Source: Candidatus Latescibacterota bacterium (lineage in GTDB: Bacteria; Krumholzibacteriota; Krumholzibacteriia; WVZY01). From it: a stretch of 64,000 nucleotides of DNA. Of the stretch, positions 38,234 through 48,578 are shown in pieces. The stretch lies in contig CAWBQK010000009.1 in NCBI GenBank assembly GCA_963791045.1, positions 96,001 through 160,000 of the forward strand. Direction: 5' to 3'. Made by a program: the position numbers and the translations under genes. Position 1 is the stretch's first letter; every line of letters begins with the position of its first letter. The notes beneath the pieces were generated by a model. The model had not been told where the DNA came from. It worked only from the letters and a program-made list of their open reading frames with translations, and searched no databases.

Positions 38234-41200
38234 ACCGGATAATTGACTGGTATGTGAACAACTCGGTTGTCGCAAACCTCATGATGGCGTTGATCGTCAT
38301 TGCGGGAATCCTTACAATTCCAAACGTGACGAAGGAAATCTTTCCCGAGTTCTCAATGGATATGATCACGATCTCTGTCACCTATCTAGGCGCGGCGCCC
38401 GAAGAGGTGGAGGAGGGCGTATCCGTCCGTATCGAGGAAGCGATCCAGGACCTCGAGGGGATAGAGCGAATCACGTCGTCATCCTCGGAGGGTGTCGGCA
38501 GTGTTCTGGTTGAAGTCGAAGACGGAACGGACCCCAGAGAGCTGCTAAATGACATAAAAGCCCGTGTCGATGGCATCGACACCTTCCCCGAGCAAACCGA
38601 AAAGCCGATCATCACCGAGGTCGTCAACCGCCGGCAGGTAATCGATATCGCCGTATCCGGCGCCGTTGATGAAAAAACACTCAAAACCCTCGGGGAACGC
38701 GTGAGGGACGAACTGTCCGCAATGGATGGGATTACCCAGGTGGAACTCGTCGCCGCCCGTCCCTACGAAGTGTCGATCGAGGTCTCGGAAGAGGCGCTAA
38801 GACGCCACAGCCTTACATTCGACGCGGTGGCGATGGCCGTTCGGCGTTCATCGCTCGATCTTCCCGGAGGGTCTATCCGCACGGCAGGCGGCGAGATTCT
38901 TCTTCGAACAAAGGGACAAGCGTATCGCGGCCGCGAATTCGAAGAAATCGTCCTCATTACAAGACCGGACGGGACGAGACTTATGCTGGGCGATGTCGCG
39001 AACGTCGTCGACGGCTTTGCGGAAACGGACCAATCCGCGCGCTTTTCAGGCGACCCAGCCGTGGTCGTTCGTGTCTATCGGGTCGGCGAACAGGACCCGC
39101 TGCAAATCGCGAAAAACGTCAAATCCTACGTCGAGGAGAAACAACACCATCTTCCCGCCGGAGTGAAGCTCGACGCGTGGAATGATTTCTCCAGAATTCT
39201 CCAGAGCCGTATGGATCTCATGATACGCAACGCGAGAAACGGGTACATCCTGGTGTTCATTATCCTTGCCCTCTTCCTCAAATTCCGCCTCGCCTTCTGG
39301 GTGAGCCTGGGGATTCCGATTTCGTTTCTCGGCGCTTTTTGGGCGATGCCGATGACCGGCGTCACCATCAATCTTCTCTCGCTTTTCGCCTTCATTGTCG
39401 TGCTCGGTATCGTGGTCGATGATGCGATCATTGTCGGCGAGAACATCTTCAGCCGTCATGAGAAAGGGGAGCGTGGCACTCAAGGATCGTCGCGCGGCGC
39501 CTCCGAGGTTGCCGTCCCCGTGGTCTTCGGGGTGTTGACGACTATCGCCGCGTTTGTCCCACTTTTGTTTGTCGCCGGCATCATGGGCAAGTTCATGCGT
39601 GTCGTGCCGATCATCGTGATCATCACGCTTGTATTTTCGCTGATCGAATCGCTGTTCATCCTGCCCTCTCACCTGTCGCACATCGGTGAACCGGCAAAAC
39701 CGACTCGAACAGGTGGATGGTGGCGCAAGTTTCAGGGCGGCTTCCAGAAAAAAGTCGATCTGTTTATCCACCGGGTGTACAAGCCATCACTCGACCTCGG
39801 GCTTAAGTATCGTTATGCGACCGTCGCCTTTGCCACCGCGACGCTTCTCATTACCGTGGGGATCGTCGGCGCTGGATGGATAAAGTTCGTCTTCTTTCCC
39901 AAGGTTGAATCGGACGTCGTTTCCGCCGCGCTCACCATGCCCCCGGGCACCTCGGTCGACGCCACCGCCGAGGCCATGAAGAGGATAGAGGCAAGCGCGC
40001 TTCGCTTGCGTGATGAACTCGACGCGGAAAAGCCCGAAGGCATGAGATCACCCATCAATCATATATTCACCGCAGTGGGCGACCAGCCTTTGAGATCGCG
40101 CCAGGGCCCCGTCAACGTTCCGGGGGGGTTCGCACGGAGCAACCTTGGCGAGATCACCATCGAACTCGCCCCATCCGAAGAACGCGAGATCACCAGTGTG
40201 GAAATCGTCAGGCGCTGGCGCGAAATGACCGATCCCATTCCAGACGTGGTTGAATTGACCTACTCGTCGAGTTTGTTTCACCCCGGCGATGCCATAGATG
40301 TCCAGCTGAAAGGGCTCGACATGGACGTCCTCCAGGCCGCGGCGGAACGTCTCAAGAGCGAGCTCGGCGGTTACGCCGGTGTGTTCGATATCACCGATTC
40401 TTTCCGAATGGGAAAACAAGAGGTCAAGCTCCAGGTCAAACCCGCCGCCGAGGCGTACGGTATTAAACTCTCCGATCTTGCCCGCCAGGTTCGCCAGGCG
40501 TTCTACGGAGAGGAAGCACAACGAATCCAGCGCGGGCGTGATGACGTGCGCGTCATGGTCCGTTACCCAATAGACGAGAGGCGGTCGATAGGAGATCTGG
40601 AAAACATGCGAATTCGGACTGCGACGGGAGGAGAGGTCCCATTCTCTTCCGTCGCCGTCGCCACCCTGGGTCGCGGATACTCGTCAATCACGCGCGTCGA
40701 CAGACAGCGCTCTATAAACGTGACGGCGGATGTAGATCCACAAAAGGGCAACGCCCAGGAAGTGTTGTCAAAGCTGAAGGCCGACGTGCTTCCCACGCTT
40801 CTAGCGGATTACCCGGGGGTGCGTTTTTCATTCGAAGGAGAGCAACGCGAACAGCGCGAAAGTATGCAAAGTCTGGCCAGAGGCTTTTTATTCGCGTTGA
40901 TCGTCATCTACGCGCTAATGGCGATTCCGTTCAGATCGTACATCCAGCCATTGATCGTCATGTCGATCATCCCGTTTGGAATAGTCGGCGCCATCTGGGG
41001 GCATCTGATTATGGGATTGAATTTGACGATATTGTCGATGTTCGGGCTTGTCGCGCTGACCGGTGTTGTCGTCAACGACAGTATTGTCCTCGTCCATTTT
41101 ATCAATAAACGCCGAGAGAAAGACATGACGGTGGCGGACGCGGTGCGAGAAGCAGGACTGGCTCGTTTCCGGCCAATTATTCTCACATCGGCGACGACAT

Positions 41201-41445
41201 TCGCGGGTCTCACGCCGCTCCTTCTCGAAAAGAGCATGCAGGCGAAATTCCTCGTCCCGATGGCGGTTTCGCTCGGGTTTGGCGTGGTGTTCGCCACGTT
41301 TATTACGCTCGTGATCGTTCCATCGGTTTATCTGATTATGGACGACATGAAGCGCGTGGGGCTGCGACTGATCGGCCGGCGTCCTCAGGAAGTAAAAGAA
41401 CCGGGCGTATCCGCCAGCACATCACCGGTTGGCGGACAGCAGTAA
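38230..41445 (+). CDS. RND efflux transporter permease (AcrB/AcrD/AcrF family)
   Basis: ATGA overlap; GIVVDDAIIVGEN, GVVVNDSI, RFRPIILTS. Confidence 0.95.
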   Translation: MNRIIDWYVNNSVVANLMMALIVIAGILTIPNVTKEIFPEFSMDMITISVTYLGAAPEEVEEGVSVRIEEAIQDLEGIERITSSSSEGVGSVLVEVEDGTDPRELLNDIKARVDGIDTFPEQTEKPIITEVVNRRQVIDIAVSGAVDEKTLKTLGERVRDELSAMDGITQVELVAARPYEVSIEVSEEALRRHSLTFDAVAMAVRRSSLDLPGGSIRTAGGEILLRTKGQAYRGREFEEIVLITRPDGTRLMLGDVANVVDGFAETDQSARFSGDPAVVVRVYRVGEQDPLQIAKNVKSYVEEKQHHLPAGVKLDAWNDFSRILQSRMDLMIRNARNGYILVFIILALFLKFRLAFWVSLGIPISFLGAFWAMPMTGVTINLLSLFAFIVVLGIVVDDAIIVGENIFSRHEKGERGTQGSSRGASEVAVPVVFGVLTTIAAFVPLLFVAGIMGKFMRVVPIIVIITLVFSLIESLFILPSHLSHIGEPAKPTRTGGWWRKFQGGFQKKVDLFIHRVYKPSLDLGLKYRYATVAFATATLLITVGIVGAGWIKFVFFPKVESDVVSAALTMPPGTSVDATAEAMKRIEASALRLRDELDAEKPEGMRSPINHIFTAVGDQPLRSRQGPVNVPGGFARSNLGEITIELAPSEEREITSVEIVRRWREMTDPIPDVVELTYSSSLFHPGDAIDVQLKGLDMDVLQAAAERLKSELGGYAGVFDITDSFRMGKQEVKLQVKPAAEAYGIKLSDLARQVRQAFYGEEAQRIQRGRDDVRVMVRYPIDERRSIGDLENMRIRTATGGEVPFSSVAVATLGRGYSSITRVDRQRSINVTADVDPQKGNAQEVLSKLKADVLPTLLADYPGVRFSFEGEQREQRESMQSLARGFLFALIVIYALMAIPFRSYIQPLIVMSIIPFGIVGAIWGHLIMGLNLTILSMFGLVALTGVVVNDSIVLVHFINKRREKDMTVADAVREAGLARFRPIILTSATTFAGLTPLLLEKSMQAKFLVPMAVSLGFGVVFATFITLVIVPSVYLIMDDMKRVGLRLIGRRPQEVKEPGVSASTSPVGGQQ

Positions 41446-41481
41446 CACTTTCGGTCTTTGACGCGGCAGCCGTCGTAAATC

Positions 41482-41516
41482 AAAAGGGGCTCCCAAAAGG
41501 AGCCCCTTCTTGTTTT
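41482..41516. terminator. Bidirectional intrinsic terminator
   Basis: AAGGGGCTCC-caaaa-GGAGCCCCTT flanked by A- and T-rich tracts, between convergent genes. Confidence 0.8.
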
Positions 41517-41548
41517 CAATTCGCGCCGCGCTACCGGCTGTCATCGCA

Positions 41549-43765
41549 TCAACGAATCACGGCGATCTTCTGCGACACCGCTCCCGCGGCGGTTTTCATT
41601 CTTGCGAAGTACACTCCCGAAGCGAGGTGCGACGCATCGAATCGCACACTCCCCGTCCCCGCGGGAAGCGCATTGCGTTCGAGCAGCGTAGCAATCCGCC
41701 GGCCCTTCACATCATGAATTGTGATCTCAACCGCGCCGGGCGCGGCAAGCGTGTAATGGAATCTCGCGCCGGTCGACACCGGGTTTGGCGTCGGCGCGGA
41801 CAGCGACATCAAAGAGAGTGTCGGCGCATCCGTGGCTACGGACGTCACACCGCTTTCTATCTCGTCCACAAACCATACGGCCGACTCGGCCGTGATCGAT
41901 ACATGACCCTGATTTTCCGCCGGATAGTAAACCGCGTCGAAAGGGGTCAGCGACAAGATATCCGGATGCCCCGCTATATCAAAGAAAAGGTCGGACGTCG
42001 AGAGATCGAGCGCGCTCACCGTGGGAATAAAGCAGTGGTCGTCATGAAGCGCCACTATATCGCCGTACGGGGCCTCGGTCGAATCCATCTGCGCCATCGA
42101 GTTCCGCCGTCCGCCGGGAGCGTTGTCATATGGCAGCGTCCCGCTCACCGTCACCGTCATATCATCGGTCGGGAGCAAAATAATATTGATTAGCCCGTCG
42201 AAGATCATCTGTGACGACCCGTCGGGAACCGCCCATACATTGCCCGTGATATCGACCAGAAAACTCGTGTACTCATAGTCGATGATCTGAGCACCCGCGA
42301 CAAACCCCTGGTTCGCCTGCGCGCCGCTGCCATTGGCAACCGCCACATTACGCACGCTCGCGGGATATCCGCCCACATCGGCAAAGTCGGCGAGCAAGCC
42401 CGCGCGCAGCGAATCGCTCTCTCCGGTCGCGCCCGGCGGCGTCGTGTGATGGTAAACGAGCATTTGCCGCGCGGCAGGCGTGTCCAGCCGGCTCAATAAA
42501 AACGCGGCGTCATCCGACATCCCGGAGAAAAAGTCGAGCCAGTACTGCATCCCCAGCGGGATGTTCGCTCCGCCCTGCGGACCGTCAAATGAAATAAACG
42601 TCCGCACCTCGTGGCCCAGGCCGTTGGTTTCCATGTAGGAGAGCGCATACCGGCCACACAGACCACCCATGCTCGCACCGATGAGCGCGATATCGCGGTA
42701 CGAATCCAGATACGCCTCCACCTGCTCGAGCAAATCAATGACGGCAAAACTGTTGCGCTGGATGTAATCGGTGGCATCGGTGAAGTTCAACACAATCGCG
42801 TCGAACCCTTTTGTGCGGAGCGTCTCGATCAGGTTTTCCTGGTTAAGAAGATTATAGAGTTCATCCCAATTCATCGTGTTGTCGAGATCAAACCCTTCGA
42901 TGACCACCACCGGGTTAATTATCGTCGTGTGTCCCTCGCCGAGATACACATAGGCTTCGCCGGTGCCATACCCGCCTTCGTAGGGAATCGTCGCCGTCAC
43001 GCTAAGCGTATCGTTTGGATTGGGTGTCACCAAATTCTCGACACGAAAAGCGAAATCGCTGTAGAGAACGGTCCCGTCAACCAGAACGGCGCGGGTTTGA
43101 ATCGTTTTCGTTCCCGAGCTTGTATAGCTTACGTGCTCCTGTCCATCCCACCGGACCGGCCGGAAACCGGAGCCGTCATCGAAATCAATCTCGATTACCG
43201 GCGCGTCCGCCCCGGTATTAGTGATGTATCTGTCGGCGTCGAAGACAAAAGCGACTTCCCCGCCACGGTGCGTGTAGTCTTTGAGCGCGGTGGCGGCAAA
43301 CACACGATTGCTCTCGAAGGGGTCGCCGGCGACAATCTCCACTCCGCCGTTAACCATTGCGAGCGATCCGTCGTCGAACGCGCCCCCACGAATACGGGTG
43401 TATTCGAAGTTCATGAAAGCGATCGGGATACGCGATGGACCCGCCGACCGGGCGGCATCGCGTTCGAGATCATCCAGAGCGATCCAGGACGGATCGTCAA
43501 GCGACGCGCGGGTCATCTCGAAATAGATTTGTTTCCATTGGCGGAGACTTATGGGCGGCGACTCGATTGTTCCGTCGAATTCGCCGACACGCGACAAGGG
43601 CACCACTCGGTCGTAGAAAATCCCCGTCTCGATGAGTTCGGGATCGATCCCCTCGAGTGCGGCGGCGAGCTCCTGATTTGGAGTGCGTGACTTGGCGGCA
43701 ACAGGCGCAAACAGAAGTGTAATGATAAGGCTTACGGCCAGCAATCCACCGATGACACGCAGCAT
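41549..43765 (-). CDS. Secreted alpha/beta hydrolase with T9SS/FlgD-like C-terminal sorting domain
   Basis: Signal peptide; VIEGFD, nucleophile elbow GASMGG, DGPQGGANIP; C-terminus PTPNPV...IHDVKGRRI...LASGVYFARM...QKIAVIR. Confidence 0.8.
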   Translation of the reverse strand: MLRVIGGLLAVSLIITLLFAPVAAKSRTPNQELAAALEGIDPELIETGIFYDRVVPLSRVGEFDGTIESPPISLRQWKQIYFEMTRASLDDPSWIALDDLERDAARSAGPSRIPIAFMNFEYTRIRGGAFDDGSLAMVNGGVEIVAGDPFESNRVFAATALKDYTHRGGEVAFVFDADRYITNTGADAPVIEIDFDDGSGFRPVRWDGQEHVSYTSSGTKTIQTRAVLVDGTVLYSDFAFRVENLVTPNPNDTLSVTATIPYEGGYGTGEAYVYLGEGHTTIINPVVVIEGFDLDNTMNWDELYNLLNQENLIETLRTKGFDAIVLNFTDATDYIQRNSFAVIDLLEQVEAYLDSYRDIALIGASMGGLCGRYALSYMETNGLGHEVRTFISFDGPQGGANIPLGMQYWLDFFSGMSDDAAFLLSRLDTPAARQMLVYHHTTPPGATGESDSLRAGLLADFADVGGYPASVRNVAVANGSGAQANQGFVAGAQIIDYEYTSFLVDITGNVWAVPDGSSQMIFDGLINIILLPTDDMTVTVSGTLPYDNAPGGRRNSMAQMDSTEAPYGDIVALHDDHCFIPTVSALDLSTSDLFFDIAGHPDILSLTPFDAVYYPAENQGHVSITAESAVWFVDEIESGVTSVATDAPTLSLMSLSAPTPNPVSTGARFHYTLAAPGAVEITIHDVKGRRIATLLERNALPAGTGSVRFDASHLASGVYFARMKTAAGAVSQKIAVIR

Positions 43766-43783
43766 TTCGGTTTCCCCCAATAC

Positions 43784-44293
43784 TTAACGGAGACGTTTTA
43801 TGATGTGCCAGCCGAATTTGCTTTTTTTCGGATCGTAGTGAGCGAGGCCCACTGCCCCCACGTCGAGAGCAAACGACACGTCGCCAAAAGACGGGGCCAT
43901 CGACGAACGCGCAAATATCTGCATCTCGGGGTTGGCATCGTCTTCGTTGTTTACGACGGCATAAATCCCGGGGTACGAGTCATCCGTATACTCCTTGACC
44001 AACGCGCCAAAATCTCCGGTTGTTTTGGCCTCTTCGAATACTGACATGGCGAGTTCACGCGCTTCATCTTCCGAACGATCGAGGTCCTTGTTCGGAATGC
44101 TTCCTTTGAACGCGATCAGAATGTGCTGAACGGTGACTTTATCAACCGTGGGAATCGTCGAAGCCGCAGCGGAGGTCGCTTCCGATACTTCGGGCGACCC
44201 TGCCGTTTCACTTACGGTCTGATCTTTGGCGCCGCACCCGACGAGGATGAGCAGGATAGAAAGTACACACAATAGTCCCAGCCTATGCAACAT
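43784..44293 (-). CDS. Parvulin-type (PpiC) peptidyl-prolyl isomerase lipoprotein
   Basis: ATG 44293 with GGAGG RBS; lipobox LVGC; VQHILI, FGALVKEYTDD, SKFGWHIIKR. Confidence 0.88.
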   Translation of the reverse strand: MLHRLGLLCVLSILLILVGCGAKDQTVSETAGSPEVSEATSAAASTIPTVDKVTVQHILIAFKGSIPNKDLDRSEDEARELAMSVFEEAKTTGDFGALVKEYTDDSYPGIYAVVNNEDDANPEMQIFARSSMAPSFGDVSFALDVGAVGLAHYDPKKSKFGWHIIKRLR

Positions 44294-44483
44294 TATGGTG
44301 CCTCCCTGGAAAAAACGACGGCTCATGATTTGAGAATGCAAAGAGGAAAAGGGAACGCTGCGAATCACCAGAGTATTTTAACAGCAGTTCGCCGCGGAGT
44401 CAAAACCAAAGCAAACCGGTCAAAATGTGGTATTCTCCCAGGATTACAACCGACACCCACAGGCGCAAAGAGGACGGACCAAC

Positions 44484-45665
44484 GTGGCGGAAGACACAGG
44501 CTCACACGACGAAACAAACAGCCGTTTCGAACACAAACAGGTTGCGACGGTGGCGGGAGCCCACGCCGTTCACGATACTTACACGGCGTTTCTCCCTCCC
44601 CTGCTTCCCGAGTTGATCAACAAGCTTGCCCTTTCGAAAACAGAGGCGGGCCTGCTGTCGGTCTTCATCCAGGCTCCGTCATTGCTCCAACCTTTCATCG
44701 GGCACCTTGCCGACCGTTCGGGGCTCCGCCTCGTGGTAATCCTGACGCCCGCCATATCGGGCACCATGATGAGCCTTCTCGGTTGGGCCCCCGGATACGC
44801 CTGGCTCGCCGTTCTTCTTACCATTGCCGGTCTCAGCTCCGCGGCGCTGCACGCCGTGGCGCCGGTCATTGCCGGTCGATACTCGGGACAAAGTCTCGGA
44901 CGCGGGATGGGGTTCTGGATGGTGGGCGGCGAACTCGGTCGGACACTCGGACCGATCGTGATTGTTACCGCCGTGGGATTTCTCACGCTGAAGGGCTCCG
45001 CGCTTCTCATGCTGGGCGGGTTTGTCACGTCGGCCCTCTTATACATCACATTGAAAGACCTTCCGTCCCGCATCCAGCCGGGAATCGCGTCGACCGACTG
45101 GCGCGCTGCCCTCGCCGGCATGCGATCGCTCCTGGTGCCACTATCAGTTCTGATTGCGGCGCGGTCGCTTTTGATTGTGTCGCTGACGATCTACCTGCCA
45201 CTATATCTGACCGAAAAAGGCGCGTCGTTGTGGATGGCCGGGGTTTCGCTTTCCGTTCTCGAATTCGCAGGCGTAATCGGCGCACTCGCCGGCGGGGCGC
45301 TGAGCGACAAAGTCGGGCGGCGGTGGGTTCTTCTAGTCGCAATGCTCACTGCCCCGGCGCTCTTGTTTCTCGTGCTGAACCTCGAAGGGTGGATCCTCTT
45401 CCCGATCTTATTGCTCACCGGTTTTTCGTTACTATCGATCGGCCCGGTCATTATGGCCATCGTCCAGGAGAGCTTTCCCGAAAATCGCGCATTCGCCAAC
45501 GGCGTCTACATGGCGATCAGCTTCTTGATCCGCTCCGTTGCCGCCGTCGCCATCGGAATGCTTGGAGACGCGTTCGATCTTCGCTGGGCATTTTCGATCA
45601 GCGCCGTCGTAATGTGGGCGGGAGTGCCACTGGTGTTCATGCTCCCCCGCCGTTTGAAATCGTGA
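44484..45665 (+). CDS. MFS transporter (Fsr-like)
   Basis: AHAVHD...LPPLLP, QPFIGHLADR, GGALSDKVGRR; 12-TM pattern. Confidence 0.9.
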   Translation: MAEDTGSHDETNSRFEHKQVATVAGAHAVHDTYTAFLPPLLPELINKLALSKTEAGLLSVFIQAPSLLQPFIGHLADRSGLRLVVILTPAISGTMMSLLGWAPGYAWLAVLLTIAGLSSAALHAVAPVIAGRYSGQSLGRGMGFWMVGGELGRTLGPIVIVTAVGFLTLKGSALLMLGGFVTSALLYITLKDLPSRIQPGIASTDWRAALAGMRSLLVPLSVLIAARSLLIVSLTIYLPLYLTEKGASLWMAGVSLSVLEFAGVIGALAGGALSDKVGRRWVLLVAMLTAPALLFLVLNLEGWILFPILLLTGFSLLSIGPVIMAIVQESFPENRAFANGVYMAISFLIRSVAAVAIGMLGDAFDLRWAFSISAVVMWAGVPLVFMLPRRLKS

Positions 45666-45681
45666 CAAAAAAGATGAACGA

Positions 45682-47001
45682 TCAAAGGAAGACGTAGCGG
45701 GCGACGAAGAGAAGGCCGAGAAAGTAGACGAGCGGGGAGATCTCACGCCAGCGGCCGGTGGCGATCTTGAGCACGGGGTAACTGATGAAGCCGAGCGCTA
45801 TGCCGTCGGCGATCGACCATGAGAACGGGATTCCGATCATCACAAGAAAAGCGGGAAACGCCTCGGTGAAATCATCCCACTCGATCTTGCGGATGCTTCC
45901 CACCATAAAGCAGCCGACAACGATAAGCGCCGGCGCCGTTATCGGCTGAAGCGCGCCCCCGCCGTCGAGCGCCACTCCCCCGCCAACCATTTTGACGACC
46001 GGAGAGAAGAAGAGGACGAGAAAAAAGAGCGCTCCCGTGACCACATTGGCAAGCCCGGTGCGCGCGCCCGCCTCGACACCCGTCGCGCTTTCAATATAGG
46101 CGGTCACGGTCGATGTTCCGAAGATCGAGCCAAACACCGTTCCCGAAGAATCGGCAAGAAGCGCCCGTGTCGCGCGCGGGAGCTTACCGTCCTTGAGAAG
46201 ACCCGCCCTGTCGCTCACGCCGATTAGCGTGCCGATCGCATCGAACACCGCCATAAAAAGAAAAATCACGATAACGGGAATCATCGCCGCGTCTAGCAAA
46301 CCCCGGAGATCGAGCTTCATAAATGTGGGCGACATCGACGGAGGCATCGACAAGAGCCCATGCCACTCGACAAGACCAAGCGCCCACGCCAGGGCGGTGC
46401 TTGCGAGAATCCCAATGAGAATCGCGCCTTTTATGCCCCGACCAAGGAGCGCGATCGTCAGCAGAAGCCCGAAACACGCCACCATGACCGGTTTTCTCGA
46501 CAGATCGCCGAGGTGCATCAGCATTCCCGTGTCGGCTTTCTCAACGATGCCCGCCCCGACGAAACCTATGAACGCAATGAAGAGTCCGATGCCAACCGCT
46601 ATCGCGTGTTTGAGGCTCGCGGGGATCGCGTCGATAATCATTTCGCGGATACGGAGAAATGTGAGAAGAACGAAAACAACACCGGAGATGAAAACAGCGG
46701 CGAGCGCCACCTGCCAGGACACGGCCATACCCACGCACACGGTAAGAAAAAAGAAGTTCTCACCCATCCCCGGAGCAAGCGCGATCGGGTAATTGGCAAG
46801 AAAGCCCATCGCCAGCGTGGCGATGCCTGCGGACAGGCATGTGGCCGTCATCACGGCGCCAAAATCCATCCCCGTCCCTGAGAGGACGGCGGGGTTGACG
46901 AAAACGATATACGCCATCGTCATGAATGTCGTCACACCGCCAAGCACCTCGGTGCGGACATTCGTGCCGTGCTCCTGAAGATGAAACAACCGCTCGACCA
47001 T
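45682..47001 (-). CDS. NCS2/AzgA family purine permease
   Basis: TEVLGGVTTFMTMAYI.FVNP, APGMG, TAYIESATGV..GARTGL. Confidence 0.93.
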   Translation of the reverse strand: MVERLFHLQEHGTNVRTEVLGGVTTFMTMAYIVFVNPAVLSGTGMDFGAVMTATCLSAGIATLAMGFLANYPIALAPGMGENFFFLTVCVGMAVSWQVALAAVFISGVVFVLLTFLRIREMIIDAIPASLKHAIAVGIGLFIAFIGFVGAGIVEKADTGMLMHLGDLSRKPVMVACFGLLLTIALLGRGIKGAILIGILASTALAWALGLVEWHGLLSMPPSMSPTFMKLDLRGLLDAAMIPVIVIFLFMAVFDAIGTLIGVSDRAGLLKDGKLPRATRALLADSSGTVFGSIFGTSTVTAYIESATGVEAGARTGLANVVTGALFFLVLFFSPVVKMVGGGVALDGGGALQPITAPALIVVGCFMVGSIRKIEWDDFTEAFPAFLVMIGIPFSWSIADGIALGFISYPVLKIATGRWREISPLVYFLGLLFVARYVFL

Positions 47002-47044
47002 ACAGGGATTTTAGCCGCAACAAAGGAGTGAGAGCAAGCGAAGC

Positions 47045-48355
47045 TTATCTCAGGCGGAATCTCTGGGCGGTCCACTTGAACCAGTTGCCAAAGTGGAAGT
47101 AAATGTCCCCCTGCCGGTTGAAACCGACATCAAAACGGGTCATTTCGGTGCCCGGCACGAGAATCCGAAACCCCAACCCGAAACCGGTCTTCCAGCGATC
47201 GGTGTTGAACTCGTCGGAATCGCTCCACGCGATACCGGTATCGGAAAAAAGAGCCAGCTGGAGACCCAGGGCCGCAGACCATTTGAGAAAATTGTAGGCT
47301 TTCAGAGGAAGCAGTGTGAAATTGTATTCGAAGGTGCCAATGAGCTGGTTCTTGCCGTACAACACCTTCCCTAAATCTACATTGTACCCACGTATCGAGT
47401 TCGCTCCCCCGAGCCGGTACATGAGATATTGCGGCACATCCTCGCCGACAGTCCCCGTCTGGAGCGAGGTCAGGGCTCCGAGAAAGAATCCATTTCGTTC
47501 GTTGATCGGCTGAAAGCGGCGAATATCGATGTTCGTGGTAAGAAACGTTCCGTCGCCGGTGGTGAAAATCGCCTGGATTTCGTGCTCCCATCCTTCGCGC
47601 GGAACACGCCACGAATCGCGCGAGTCGTATCCAATCGACGCTCCGACGCGGAAGAAGTTGTCCGAGTTGTCCTCCGACAGGGTGATGCCGTCGACATCAG
47701 ATTCCATCCGGAAATACCCCAACATCCCCCTTACCCTGCCTTTTTCACCGATGTACCGGCCGAGCCAGGGCGTGACTTCATCGCTCATTTCCTCGAACTC
47801 GTTGAGCTCGTCGTCACGAATCAGGTGCGAGGCATCGAGATCGAAAGAGAGGTGATAGTCTCCCGTGATCCACGGCCACCGCAGGGTGATCAAGGCCGTA
47901 GTCGTGCCGCCAAAGAGCATGCGACCCGACAAACGCAATGCGCGGCCGAAAAGGTTTACAGACGAAATAGCGGGACCGACGGAAAATCCGTTTTCTTCTG
48001 TATAACGGAAGGCGAGGTATGGGATAAATGGCGGCATTTCCCTGAATTGCCACTCGAGCGCCACGCCATCACCGTCCTCTTCGGCATTAAGGATGATCGA
48101 CCCGAATATGCTGAGGTTTTCGAGGTTCGTGTAGCTCTCGGCAAGCAAGTTGAGATCGAGCGGGTCACCCACCTCGAGTTCGATTTCACGCGTAACAATG
48201 AAATCCTTCGTGGAGTTGTTGCCCGAATATGTCATCGACATGATCGTCTTATTCTCATAGGGGAGGAAACTCTCCTCGTCAAACTCAGCCCGGACGGAGG
48301 AGGGGATGAACGAAATCACGATTATGATGAGAATCAATCCGGAAACAAACCGCAT
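47045..48355 (-). CDS. Omp85 (BamA/TamA-family) protein with a single POTRA domain
   Basis: GNNSTKDFIVTREI POTRA, NLFGR, YDSRD, LGGANSIRGY, GFGLGFR. Confidence 0.8.
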   Translation of the reverse strand: MRFVSGLILIIIVISFIPSSVRAEFDEESFLPYENKTIMSMTYSGNNSTKDFIVTREIELEVGDPLDLNLLAESYTNLENLSIFGSIILNAEEDGDGVALEWQFREMPPFIPYLAFRYTEENGFSVGPAISSVNLFGRALRLSGRMLFGGTTTALITLRWPWITGDYHLSFDLDASHLIRDDELNEFEEMSDEVTPWLGRYIGEKGRVRGMLGYFRMESDVDGITLSEDNSDNFFRVGASIGYDSRDSWRVPREGWEHEIQAIFTTGDGTFLTTNIDIRRFQPINERNGFFLGALTSLQTGTVGEDVPQYLMYRLGGANSIRGYNVDLGKVLYGKNQLIGTFEYNFTLLPLKAYNFLKWSAALGLQLALFSDTGIAWSDSDEFNTDRWKTGFGLGFRILVPGTEMTRFDVGFNRQGDIYFHFGNWFKWTAQRFRLR

Positions 48356-48578
48356 ATTCCCTGGCCTTTTTAAGAGGTGATACGAAGTCTACCTGTGAAA
48401 ACCATCAAGTTCAAGGTGTTTGATTATCTGATTTGCGGTACGGTGATGCTCCCCCCTATAATAGAGGATACTCATATTAGGGTGGAAAAAGCGGGACACG
48501 CATATTGAGCGAGAATTCCAAACGACGGAGCAGATTGGTATCCGGCGATTTCTGTTAAGAATATTACGCCCCGCAACG

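Noticed and set aside
44285-45697. 470-aa plus-strand ORF overlapping the MFS gene
   Set aside because: Arg-rich off-frame translation typical of high-GC DNA.
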